Shown piece after piece: positions 45,115-59,225 of a stretch of 64,000 nucleotides of DNA (position 1 is the first letter of the stretch; every line of letters starts with the position of its first letter). The stretch is taken from assembly GCF_009914755.1 (NCBI RefSeq), contig NC_060932.1. One strand, given 5' to 3'. Both the position numbers and the translations under genes were made by a program. This DNA comes from the human T2T-CHM13v2.0 reference genome, Homo sapiens. The notes under the pieces were generated by a model. The model did not search any database. It saw only the letters and a program-made list of their open reading frames with translations, and was not told where the DNA came from.

Positions 45115-45576
45115 CTATTTCTTTTGCTTATAACTTTCCCCCTTATTACACAAATTTTGCACTTTAAAGAAAATTTGGAATATTCAGTGCAAACAATAAA
45201 GTAAAAATCACATACAATATCATTCCCATTGATCACCATTGTTAACTACTTATTTACTGTTTTATATCATTATATACATCCTGACTTTTTCCTCATTATT
45301 GATTTAACATTGCCCCTTTTCTTCAAGTATCCGTCAACAATATCATCTTTTACAAATCACAGAATGTTCTATTATATAGATTTCCCATAAATTTTTTATT
45401 TGTTTCAAGCTTATTGGATATTTTTATGGTTTTTAATTTTTTGCTATCATACATAAAGCTATGATTACTATACCTATACATACATTTTTCATGTATGACT
45501 GATTATTTTCTTAATTTAAATTTCTTGTACAATAAACACGCAGATATTTGGACTTAAAAAGATTAATTTAGAATTT

Positions 45577-45744
45577 TTTTTTATTATACTTTAAGTTTTA
45601 GGGTACATGTGCACATTGTGCAGGTTAGTTACATATGTATACGTGTGCCATGCTGGTGCGCTGCACCCACTAACTCGTCATCTAGCATTAGGTATATCTC
45701 CCAGTGCTATCCCTCCCCACTCCCCCCACCCCACCACAGTCCCC
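45577..45744 (-). mobile_element. Young, heavily 5'-truncated L1 (L1PA2-like) 3' end
   Basis: Near-consensus L1 3' UTR (GATGACGAGTTAGTGGGTGCAGCGCACCAGC; AAAACTTAAAGTAT); TSD AGAATTT 45570-45576 / 45745-45751. Confidence 0.85.
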
Positions 45745-47076
45745 AGAATTTAAACAAAAAGTCTAAAGATGATATGCCTAAAAAAGTAAGCATTGTAGCC
45801 AAATTAAAAGTGATGATGGTCAAAACACTTCACGAGTCTTCCACACATGCCAAAATCATTGTGCCATCTACAAAATTGCTATAATCATTATTACACCGAA
45901 GGAGATATTCATGATTTTTTAACAACCCGTATGGACGGAGCACTGGTAGTCATAACAGACGCCAGCTTCAATGAACCGTAACAATGGTGCTAGCTGACCA
46001 GCAGCCCCAACCACACCCACAATTAACTTTGTAAATTTATTCTTTACATAATCAAGGTAGTTAATAAATCACTGCTTGTTCTGATCTGAATTTGCATTTG
46101 GTTTTTTCCCACAGACACTCAGAAGCTTGAATCCATCTAGTTTATAGGTCCCTAAGATAGCTAGACCATTATGAATCAGCACTGATACCATATGGCATCA
46201 CCCTGCAGGGCAGTAACATAAGAATTGAGGCAAAGTTTACCAGAATTTTATATCAAAATCTCCCTTAGGTTTGCGTCCATGCCTCAAAGATTCACCAAAC
46301 CAATAATAGCTGCTCAAAAGACATTAGTCCTAAAGGTACTGGGTGATAGGTTTATCTTGTGAGGTCGTTTAATGCTGGCTTGAGGAAATTACTAGTCTTC
46401 CACTTTCCCTGTTTCTCATTTCTTTCCAAATTTCTTTTTATTCGTTGATCTGTTACTCATTTTTCAATGTATATTTATTTAAAATTTTCTCATTCTTTTA
46501 TTCTTTATTCTACAATTTGGTCTCTAAGATAGCTATTTTTTGGTCAGATTTCCAATATGTTCAGGACACTTTGCCACCATAAATTTTAGAGTTGTTCATG
46601 GTAAACCGTATTATTTTAACATCAATATTAATTATATGCATCAATTGAACATTAGCATCTACTCTTTTAACTGCCAATATTCTACACTTCGAATTGATCA
46701 TTTTTTGTGACACCTAGAAAAACATTGAGACTCAAACATTTTGAAAGTTTTAAAATCGATGTAAACAGTGATTACTCAGTGTCACTCTAGTGAGATGAGA
46801 TCATGAAAGGAATACTAATATTTTGAATCTGATCTACACCATACATCAACATTATATACATCTTTCCATATTATTAGAAAAGGCATAACCATGCTTAAAG
46901 ATGAATCTCCTTTCTAAGACAAATCATTCCCTTTGGCCCTCTGTTATTTTAGAAAATTATAAGTTGATTCCATATATAGAATAATGAACAGTAAACAGTG
47001 GTTCTGACTGGTGAAATGATAGTTATGTTGAAAGGACCAGCACTTTATTTATTGCTTTAGCCATTTGCATACAAAC

Positions 47077-47208
47077 CTGAAGAGAGAATTTCCCTGGGTG
47101 TCAGAACAGTCAGATAGGAAATGTTAACCAGTAAATAAACTACAGTCACCAGAGGTAACGCAGTAAATATGCATTTGGGAATTGTTGTTCTGGGCTTCTT
47201 CAGCTCCC
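47077..47208 (-). CDS. SLC7A13: SLC7A13 coding exon 2
   Basis: (G)ELKKPRTTIPKCIFTALPLVTVVYLLVNISYLTVLTPREILSS; acceptor TTATAG|GG, donor TCAG|GTTTGT; 132 nt, phase 1-1. Confidence 0.96.
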
Positions 47209-47261
47209 CTATAACACAAAAGAGGACACAACCATAATTGGTAAACATTATTTCTAAAATT

Positions 47262-47825
47262 CATTATTTTTAGATTATTATTTTTGTATTTGTATAAATT
47301 AATGGGGTACAAGCATGATTTTATTATGTGGATAGGTTGTGTGGTGGTCAAATCAGAGTTTTAGTGTATCCATCACCTGAATAACATACATTGTACCTAT
47401 TAAGTAATTTTTCATCATCCACCTGTCTACTCCCTCTCCCTTCCAAGTCTCTGTGGTTCATCATTTTACTCTCTACATCCATAAGTACACATTTTGTAGT
47501 TAATTATGAGTGAGAAGGTATAATATTTCTTTCTATTTTTGAGTTATTTCACTTAGGATGATGGTCTCCAGCTGCATTCATGTTGCTGAAAAAGACATGA
47601 TTTCATTCTTTTTTATGGCTCTGTAATATTCTGTGGTATATTATACACACACACACTAGTGTTGTGATAAACATGAGTGCAGATGTCCTATTCATTTATT
47701 TTCTTTTGGGGAGATACCCAGTAGTGGGATTGTTGGATCAAATTGTAGTTCTATTTTTAATTCTTTGAGAAATCTCCATACTGTTTTCCATAGATATTAT
47801 ACTAATTTACATTCCCACCAACATT
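47262..47825 (-). mobile_element. L1MA-like 3' end, adjacent to the exon 2 acceptor
   Basis: ATGGGGTACAAG...CCCAGTAGTGGGATTGTTGGATCA...TTTACATTCCCACCAACA. Confidence 0.8.
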
Positions 47826-47897
47826 GCTCCATGTGTCAACAATTGGGCTAGGCTCTTCTTATTCATTCAGCCACCACCACTACACATACACTAAAAT

Positions 47898-47929
<32 letters not shown>
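47898..47929. repeat. (CA)n microsatellite
   Basis: ~15 CA units. Confidence 0.95.
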
Positions 47930-47931
<2 letters not shown>

Positions 47932-48999
47932 GTGGACTGCTACACACCCACCTGCCTAATATAGCTAAATGAAGAAAAATATGAAATATGCTTCATTTTC
48001 TCCATAGATGGCAAAATTTCTGAAGATAGACTTAAGAATGAAAAATGAAATCGGAGCCCATAAGTCCTGTACCATTTGAAGCCCACTTATGTGTTTAGCC
48101 TCATCTATTAAGTCCTAGGCATTGAGTTTGGATAGTGGGAATACAATGGTGAGCAGAAACTACATGAAATTTGACCTCAAGAAGAAGAGCTACACATGAG
48201 TTAAATAATTGCATAAATAAAAGGTTAAAATACTAGTGACTATGGTAAGTGTCTATATGAAAAGAAACAAGGTGCTATGGAGATATATTATGTGACAATG
48301 TGACAGTTTCTCTTGCTATCTGTGTTTTATATATAGACTGACTGGCCTTTGCAGTTCCTCAACAATGTCCTATCCCTTCTTGCCATAGGGTCTACTCTCT
48401 TATGTGGAATGTTCTTTCCTAGTTGCCTAGTTGACCCTACCCTTCCTTCAGATCTCAGGAAAATAATTACTTCTGGGAAACTAGGAGAGGAAACTCTCTC
48501 CCTGGCTAGCAAAATTTTCCTATTATACATTTCTCATACTGTATATTGAAAGGAGTTAAAGAGCCCATCATAAATTATCTCTTCCTGTATGCTCTTGACC
48601 ATTCCTTTATGCCAATATTAAGTGCAAAAAAAGGCCAAAAAAGTTGATATTTAGCATCATATAGAGTGGATTCTCTAGGACAGTTTTATTTTTAAATATT
48701 GTTCCATTCATCACACCATTTCCCCAAATTTTGTCCTACCCTGAGAATTGCTCTGTGGCATGAAGAAATGATCATCTATAACCTTAATATACAATGGCAC
48801 CCTGTGCCCTGCCCAGTGGAAAGGAACAAAGAACAGACATCCGATCCACTGGAAGCCAATGATTTTCGGTATACAGGAAAATTTATCTCAAGAATTTGAA
48901 ACAAAGTTCAAGAGAAAAGCAACGTAATGGTGTTAAAAAAGAAAGGAAGATGAGAAAATTTGTTTTTTTTTAATTTCTAGAACTTCCCTATTTTTTTCA

Positions 49000-49135
49000 T
49001 ATTTATTTATTTATTTTATAGAGACGGGGGTCTCGCTATGTTGCCTGGACTGGTCTTGAACTCCTGGCCTCAAGCAATCCTCCAGTCTAGGCCTCCCAAG
49101 TGCAGATTAAAAACGTGAGTCACCATGTCCAGTCT
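49000..49135 (-). mobile_element. Alu monomer (FLAM-like)
   Basis: TSD CTTCCCTATTTTT on both sides. Confidence 0.8.
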
Positions 49136-49689
49136 GCTTCCCTATTTTTTGTTGCTTCCTAAGATGTGTTGCACAAATCTTCCTTAAAATATAGCATTAT
49201 CCTTCCAGTAAGTTCCCCTTTTATTGTTTAAGTTAATGTATGTGGGTTTCTGCTACTTAAAACCAAATCCCCTTTACTAATAAATATCTATCATTTGACT
49301 ATATCAAATTTCTTCCATCTGTGTCTGCCCAGGGGTTGGATCTAATGCCCATGGGGAACACTAATCTGAGCTGATTAAGAACTTGATTAGTAAAAAATTA
49401 GAAGGTTTTAATTTTAACCCTGCCCGCACCACTTTGGCTGTCAAGGTTTCAATCTCCTTATAGTGAAAACTGTAGGGACAACAAAATTCCAATCCTAGTG
49501 TTTAGCATATAATAAGTGCTGAATAAATGGTTGTTGTTAATTACTATAGTTATTAAAGCTTTGGGACAAACAAAAGGGCAATTTTTTGGATTATCTGTTC
49601 TTTCTTCTGAGCCTTTTACTTGTTCTCATTATGTACTTGATATGTAAAGAGGAGATGGAGATTACAATTTAATTTATAATAAAAAGTTA

Positions 49690-50030
<341 letters not shown>

Positions 50031-50731
50031 ATTTTTTTTTTAAAAAGATGGGTATTCCTACACCTTGCAAAGTCGCCTGTCTACAAGTCACTATTTTGCA
50101 GGTAAAAGGGTTACTTAAAACTTAGATGTACTTAAGACTTATTTTGTAAATTAACTCCAGCACACACTGAAATTCCTCCAACTTTTGTTCACCACTAGCG
50201 GCTTGTGAGGAACTCCATAATAGTTTATAGGTCAGTAAGAATAAATTCTGTAAGTATATTTTCAGCTGACAATAATTATCTAACAATGAAACATCTCTGC
50301 AATGGGATACAATGAAACTGGCTCAAATAAAAATCCAGAAATATTGCTTCTAGCCTTGAAAGCAAGAAACAATGAGATTTGCTCGTTATGCCAGCTGCTG
50401 AAATTGGCCCATTTAATCACAAGCCATGTAAAACAGTAATCTCCTCATAGCTTTCTTTTCTCAATACCTTATTTTTAACTCAATGCAAACTGACTTCCTC
50501 TCATGTTCAAAATTCACCAATGACTTCTTACATTATCAATGATGGCGCTCCAACCAGTCCTCATGATCCTTGACTTCTGAAGCATTTAACCAGATAGATT
50601 ATTCCCCACTTTTTGAAACATATTGTGATTTTCCTCTATACCACTCTGAGCCTCCTCTGGCTTCCTCACTGAATCTTCTTTCTCTACCTCCTGCTTAAAA
50701 GTTGGCATTGTCCAGTCATCTGTCCCCCTCC

Positions 50732-50831
50732 AACCCTATGCCGTTTCATCCTTCGTCTCTATGTACTTGCCTTAGTAATCAATCCTATGTATTTTGTCCT
50801 TCGTCTCTCTATGTACTTGCCTTAATAATCA
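50732..50831. repeat. ~48-bp imperfect tandem duplication
   Basis: TCCTTCGTCTCT(CT)ATGTACTTGCCTTA(G/A)TAATCA at 50749 and 50797. Confidence 0.85.
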
Positions 50832-51644
50832 TATCTAATACCAAGACTCTCAGATGGAAACCATTTTGTAGTCACCTGAGGTTGCATGCCTTGTCTTATA
50901 TCTACACTGCATGCTTCTATTCTCCACGGCTTCACTCATATTTTTCTGGAATTTTGTGGATTCAATTCAAATTGCCACTTTTCCACTCAGTGACAGCAAA
51001 AAGTGACCTTTCTATTGATTTCCAAGGTAATTATATTGTTCCGTTATGGCTATCTATTAAATACTGTATCAAATTATTTGTTTATAAGGCACAGAATTAT
51101 AGTCATTTTAAACCATGATGTACATTTTGCAGATAATAAAAAAGAGGCTAGAAAGGAGAAAACACTTGCTATAGTTGGTAATGGCAGACCCAAATCTAGG
51201 TATTGCCTCTTCTACTAGACTGTAAGCCTTTTTGATAAAGACTATATCTTACTCATCTTGAGGCACCAGTACAGGGTTTTAAAAATAGTCTTTGAAAAGA
51301 TAGTGGCTACTCAAATGATTTCACAAATGATAGATAAATTAGTGGTGGGGGACCTGAGATTAGAAAAAGTTTTGTTCAGTAGTTAAGAGTCTGATACATA
51401 TATAAATAACAAGGAAAAGAACTGATTTTTTAGAAAAGATTGAAGGTGAGAAAAAATGAAATAAAAGAATGTGAAAAGTCCTTAAGGGGATGGGAGGGAA
51501 AAGATAAAGAATTCAAGGGAAAAGACCAACTTTGAAAATGAAAAGATGAAAACTTCTGTCTAACATTGAAGGGAAGTGTATACAGCCTCAGAGCAATCTA
51601 GAATATCTATGCTTCTCTGCTCTTTAAAGATACTTAAGAACCTA

Positions 51645-52200
51645 CAAAGAACAAAAAACAGAACTACCATTTGACACAGCAATTCCACTACTGCGTCTCT
51701 ACCCACAGGAATAGAAATTGTTATATCAAAAAGACTTCCGCACTTGCATGTTTATTGCAGCACTGTTCACAATAGCAGTCATGGAATCAACCTAAGTGTC
51801 CATCAATGCATGACTGGATTTTTTAAAAATGTGGTATATACACACCATGGAATACTACACAGCCCTAAAAAGAATGAGATAATGTCTTTTCCAGCAATAT
51901 GGATGCAACTAGAGACCATCATCCTAAGAGAAACAATTCAAAAACAGAAAATCAAATACTGCATATTCTCACTTATATATGGGAGCTAAACAGTAAGTAC
52001 ACATGGATATACAGAGGAAATTGTGACACTGAGGATTCCAAAAGTGGGGAGAGTGGGTGGGGGGTAAGGGTTGAAAAATTACCTATTGGGTACAGTGTTC
52101 ATTGTTAGGGTGATGGCTACACTAGAAGCCCAGACCTCACTATTATACAAATAAATCCATGTAACAAACCTGTACATGATCCCTGAATATATAAAAATAA
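51645..52200 (+). mobile_element. L1MA/L1PB-like 3' end
   Basis: GAACTACCATTTGACACAGCAATTCCACTACT...CATGTAACAAACCTGTACATG. Confidence 0.82.
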
Positions 52201-52484
52201 CAATGCTCAAGAGCACAGTAAAAGTGCAAGGCAAAATCCAGCACTTGTTGCTCTGCTCTGATGTTCTGAGTGAACCAAGAAGATGCTGTTCCACTTTGGC
52301 ACCCACTTCAGTCAGCTGCCCAGTGCTGTCATTGCAGACAAGGGGTCTGAACTGCTGGAGAATTTCCTGTTTCGGGTGTCCAGGGAGTACTTGTCTGGAG
52401 GGTAGGGAAAGGAAGTGAGCCTCTTTCGGGCTCCTATAATCCTGGTTACAGTATCTTCGCATTGTTGGCTAATTTATTAGTTAT

Positions 52485-53089
<605 letters not shown>

Positions 53090-53701
53090 TATTTTAACTT
53101 TTAAATGCATCCAAGGTTGCTGTAGGGTGACTGCTTTTATAATGCACAGATGAAAATTATAGCTTTATCATTAATCAGAATGCTTGACGTGAAAATGGTC
53201 AAGTGCAAGTAAAATCAATTTGTATTATTACATTCATCAATGAAAGGAAAAAATTATAATAAAATATAAAACATAACTCCAAAAGTAAGTAAATAAAAAT
53301 ACTTAGAGCCTCAATGCGTCATACCTACCTACAACACAAACATAGTCTGGCATTGGATCATTCCTGGATTTACAGTTTCATGGGTGAGGAATATTTTCAC
53401 AACCCCAGCATTCATCCATTAACAGAAAGGAAACAGATTAACACAGAAGTCCCATACCTGTGGTCCCAGAAAGGAAAGTTGAAAAAGAGAAGTTGTTCAA
53501 TCAAATAAGTACCTTAGCCTAAATAGGAAAATAATTAAGAGTAGGTAACAAGTGCCAGGCTGGCATGATCTGATTCAGAAAGTCACAAAGAAGAAAGAAA
53601 CATTAAATCATTTAAGACTCAAAATACAACAAATGATATGCATTTCATATTGTATGCAATAAGTCATGATTTTAGATTTTTTTTCCTCAATGGATTGTTA
53701 C

Positions 53702-54386
53702 CTGCTATAAGTGTAAAGCATGCCCCACCTGAATATGCAAAATATCCTTGGAAGATGGCTTGTATAAGGTGAGAGATATCTGGAAGTTCAGCATCAAAAG
53801 CATTCTGAAATCGTTCTACATTCTCCTTTTTCCCTCTTATCAGGAACACTACTCCAGTTAGGGAAATGAAGCTAAGTATGGACACTTTCAGCACTGAGCT
53901 AGCTATCTGAAGCCAAGTCACTTCTTTCACACCACGAGAAGTCAGAATTCCTACAATCCACAACATGGCCAATGCCAGACATTTCTTAGGCAGCTTTGGG
54001 ACAGAGCAGCTGGGAAAAAAAGGCTGGATGCTGTACTCAGCAAGGAGCAGAGCTTGGCCAGCAACTACCCCTGACCCCAGAAACAAGGATGTCCAGAGAT
54101 TCAAAAAAGCAACCGTGGAGCCAAAGTATCTCTTGAGAAAATAGTATTGAGCTCCACTGCATGGGAAGCTTATACTTATCTCTGCAGAGCAAAGAGTTGA
54201 TGTCATGGCCAGTATGGCACAGCCAGCCCAAACGCACAGGGAGACTCCCACGTTCATGCAAGAGTATGCCAACACACCTTTGGGGGACACAAAAATTCCT
54301 GCACCAATGATATTAATAAGCAAAAAACTTGTGCCCCACCAATATCCAAACACTCTCTTGAGCTGTATTTTCTCCCCTCTATCCAT
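53702..54386 (-). CDS. SLC7A13: SLC7A13 coding exon 1 (aa 1-229), heteromeric amino-acid transporter light chain AGT1/XAT2
   Basis: ORF MDRGEKIQLKRVFG...IIGAGIFVSPKGVL (LAT TM1 motif), PFFPSC heavy-chain disulfide Cys127, FAYSGG TM6; donor GCAG|GTAACA at 53702/53701; 685 nt, ends phase 1. Confidence 0.97.
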
Positions 54387-54527
54387 TGTAATTGAAGAGT
54401 TTTAAAATTCTATATAAATTACAATTTCTAGATTTTCCTGCCTATGTAGCTGCAAAGGATGTTGATGGATTCCTGAAATAAAATAATTCTGTCCTTCCTG
54501 TTCCATTTTCGTTAAGTATAGCCTGGT

Positions 54528-54540
54528 TTTAATAATTAAC
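54528..54540. promoter_or_regulatory. HNF1A/HNF1B-type binding site in the SLC7A13 proximal promoter
   Basis: TTTAATAATTAAC matches GTTAATNATTAAC at 12/13, ~145 bp upstream of the ATG. Confidence 0.65.
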
Positions 54541-54799
54541 AAAATAGAGGTGGAAGGTGGGGACAAAAAATAATAAGTAACAAAATATATGTGACACATT
54601 CAATAAAATAGACCAAGATGTAGAAGGGTTTGGTCTGACTTGTCTTTCAATTATCATCAAAAGAATGCATTCAGATTTTTTTTTTTTTAAAAAAAAGGAA
54701 TTTCCAAGAAGACATGGATTACAGTGCAAAGTTGGGGCTTCCTACTCTACTTCACTGCTTCCCAAATGCCTTCCCAGTTCCCTGCTCTGGAAACAATCA

Positions 54800-55100
54800 T
54801 TTTATTTTACTTTATTTTATTTTTTGAGACAGAGTCTCACTCTGTCACCTGGGCTGGAGTGCAGCCTTGACCTCCTGGGCTCAAGTAATTCTTCCACCTT
54901 AGCCTCCCAAGTAGCTGGGACTACGGGCATGAGCCATCACACATGGCTAAGGTTTTTGGTGGTTATTGGTTTGTTTTTGGTGGCTGTTGTTTTGTTTTTG
55001 GTAGAGATGGGGGGTCTCACTTTGTTGCCCAGGCTGGTTTTGAACTCCTGTGCTCAAGTGATCCTCCCACCTTGTCTCCCAAAGTCCTGGGATTAGAAGC
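54800..55100 (-). mobile_element. Alu (AluJ-like) upstream of the SLC7A13 promoter
   Basis: Antisense Alu dimer. Confidence 0.85.
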
Positions 55101-55684
55101 CAACCATTTTAAAGTATGTATGGTTTTAGATCTTTTTGGTGCTTGTCTTCATAGCTCTAAATAATATAAAAAGACTTTTATTTCTAAATATCTCAACTTT
55201 AGAAAGCAAATACTGACCTCTTCCCATGAACACTGAGGAATTAGTTCACTGTCCTTTTACTGCCTTGACTCTCTCTTCTTCACATTTTTTTAAATCACTA
55301 AGCTTTCAGGAAACAATTTTATCAGGCTTATATTACCAGAAGCTAATTAGCAAGGCAAGGGAGGGAAATGCTCTGAAACATAAGCCTGTCTTTTAACCAG
55401 TCACCTATCATTCTGGTAGCCTTAGTCACATACAGAAAATTGTGAACAGAAAGTACAAGAGAAAGAAGACCTGGCCCCAGGGGCAGAGGGAAGGAGGGTC
55501 CTAACCATCTTGTCCTAACCTACAAGTCTAGGGCTTTAGTAGCTCCCACATTTGTCGACTTTATAATGCAAAGCCCTGTCCTGAGAATTTCCAAAGTCTC
55601 ATAAACCTGGAGCACATATAAGCCTAGGAAATAAGTATTTCTGTCTCTCTGTCTCTCTCTCTCTCTGTCTGTCTGTCTCTTTTT

Positions 55685-55866
55685 TAAGCTGGGACTAGAG
55701 GGGTGTGCCATGACACCCAGCTAACTTTTGTGGGTTTTTTTTTTTCAGTAGAGATAGGGCTTCCCCATGTTGGCCAGGCTGGTCTCAAACTTCTGACCTC
55801 AGGTGATCCACCTGCCTCTGCTTCCCAAAGTGCTGGGATTACAGGCATGAGCCACTGCGCCCGGCC
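55685..55866 (-). mobile_element. Partial AluS
   Basis: Left arm plus part of the right arm. Confidence 0.85.
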
Positions 55867-56005
55867 TAGTAAAGTATTTCTCAATTGTCCCCTCAGAGTA
55901 AGTGAAAGTGAAATTGCTTGGTTTTGCTTTGGTTTGGGAAAACTGGCTATTTTCTGGCAGATTGCATCCAAGAAAATTCACTGATAATACTACATAGTGA
56001 TATAG

Positions 56006-57080
<1,075 letters not shown>

Positions 57081-57404
57081 GCCCTTGGCTGCAATAGAGA
57101 CAAAATAGAAGCATGGGACAAAGGTGGTCATCGTCCCACCAATAAATTCCCCACCTAACAATCTACTTTTAAGGAAGATAGTGAGGCAATCCACTACCCA
57201 AGCCTTGGATCTCATGACAGGAAAATAAATAAGTCTGGAAGAACCAGGGCCACCAAATGGGAGTGTGGTCATTTTGTAGTTGTTACCTTGGCTAGACTGA
57301 ACCACATTTTCCCAAATTCTCAATTAGAATGTACCATCAGGAAGATGTTTGTGTGAGATTTGGAGTACAAAAGTGAAACAGCAGTTGTATTGGTAGTTCA
57401 CGCT

Positions 57405-57718
57405 GATAAGAAATTTCCCCATGACCAAACTTCAGTCAGGCTCCTTTGAGCTCTCTTCCTGACCAGGCCTCATCCTTGGCCAGCTGAGCTCAGCTTAGCA
57501 ACTATCTCCGCACTCTTCATATGTAATCAAGCTCCTCTTGGTAACTGTCTATCCATTAACCCCCTCATTCTGTTCATTGGCTACAAATCCCCAGCTGTCT
57601 TTGCTGTATTTGGAGTTGAGCTCAGTTCTATACTGAAGTCTCTCTCCCTTATTTCAGCAGCTCAAATGAAATCTATCTTACCATTTTAAACAAATAGTGC
57701 AGGTTTTCTTTTACAACA
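57405..57718 (+). mobile_element. Short ERV1-class solo LTR nested in an older ERVL-like LTR (~57270-58500)
   Basis: TG...CA ends; GACCAAACTTCAGTCAGGCTCCT, TTGGCTACAAATCCCC. Confidence 0.5.
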
Positions 57719-59225
57719 TTCATTGTTTAATATGTGATGGCCCACAGCTATGCAAAAAAATGTTTAAGGGTTTTAGGGAACTTGTCTATTTCATCTCTCT
57801 TAGAAGTAGAAGAGCCAGGATTTACATCTAGTCCTGGGTTATCCAAAGCTCATGATCTTTATAGGTATACCTCAAAAATTTTGCAGGTTCAGCTCCAGAC
57901 CACCACAACAAAGTGAATATTGTAATAAAACAAATCACAAAACATGGCCCACATAATTGCTATCATTGTCGTGTATCTGCTAGCTTCCCTCATTAACGTG
58001 GGGTTGTGACTGAGCATACAATTCCTCCACCTTCTGTGAGATTCTCCTTCAGCTTTTCCAGCTCCTGGGTCAAGCGTGTATATTTAGTTCCATGATAATG
58101 GACCTCAACTTCTGCAAGATATCCACATCACTGAGGCCAGAGATAATGAGAACTGGCACAGATTTTAGTCCATCTTCCTGGTCTTCAACTCATGCCTATG
58201 AGTTCCAATTTGTTTTTGCTCTTCCTCACTTTTGCATACATTGCCCTTTCTGAATTACTTGAACTTCAAGTTCCCAGCATCAGACTTGAGGACAACAGCC
58301 TTGTAGAGACTGCCCAACTACCTCCCATAGTTGCTTATGGTCAAATCTCTGTAACAGAGTAAATCCTGTTAACTTTTATAAATACCTAAAAAGACGATAA
58401 AGATAGAGATGATTCAGATATAGGTATAGACATAGACATAGAAAGACATAGATATAGATTTAGAGGCTCTGCTTCTAAATCTCCTTGATTCCTGACTAAT
58501 ATATGGAGCAAAAGGCTATGGCATGTTCTGCATCCCTGGTGCACTACTGTATTCAGGTAAGTCCATGACTCTGAAAATGAAGAATGTAAGTAAAGAGATA
58601 GGCTGGGAGATCAATCCCCATTTCTGTTCACTTTCAAGAATATCGGAGATTCTCCAAACTCAGGAGATATATTCCTTGAAGCAGTGCCCTATAGTCTAAG
58701 GAGGATATTCTTGGACATTCTGTGTGGGGCTACTACTATACATCAAAGAGGAAGATGTGTAAGTTATCCAATATTAGACTCAGCTGCATAGCTCCTTCAG
58801 TGCCCAGATGAATATCTTTCACACAGCATGTAGGTATGTTCAGCTTTTGGAAGGGAACTTTAGAAAGCTAACTGAAAAACTGTCATGTTCGTATCATCTT
58901 GTAAATGACTTGTGAAACAGGAGACTGCAAACAAAAGAGAGAAGACATATTGAAGGGCATTAAGTGTGCCACCTGAAGGTTTACAATTATATTTCTTTTT
59001 ATCTTTATTTTTCCTCTTTCTATAATTACAGTACTAAGAGAAGAACTGTCATGATGACAGGCCCGAAAGTGTCAATCTTAGAGAGTATACATTACTAACT
59101 CAATTGTACAGCTATGCAAAAAAATGTTTAAGGGTTTTAGGGAACTTGTCTATTTCATCTCTCTTGGAAGTAGAAGAGCCAGGATTTACATCTAGTCCTG
59201 GGTTATCCAAAGCTCGTGATCTTTA

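Noticed and set aside
53664-53701. ORF tail NNPLRKKNLKS as the SLC7A13 C-terminus
   Set aside because: Intronic read-through past the GT donor at 53701; the spliced model gives the full 470 aa
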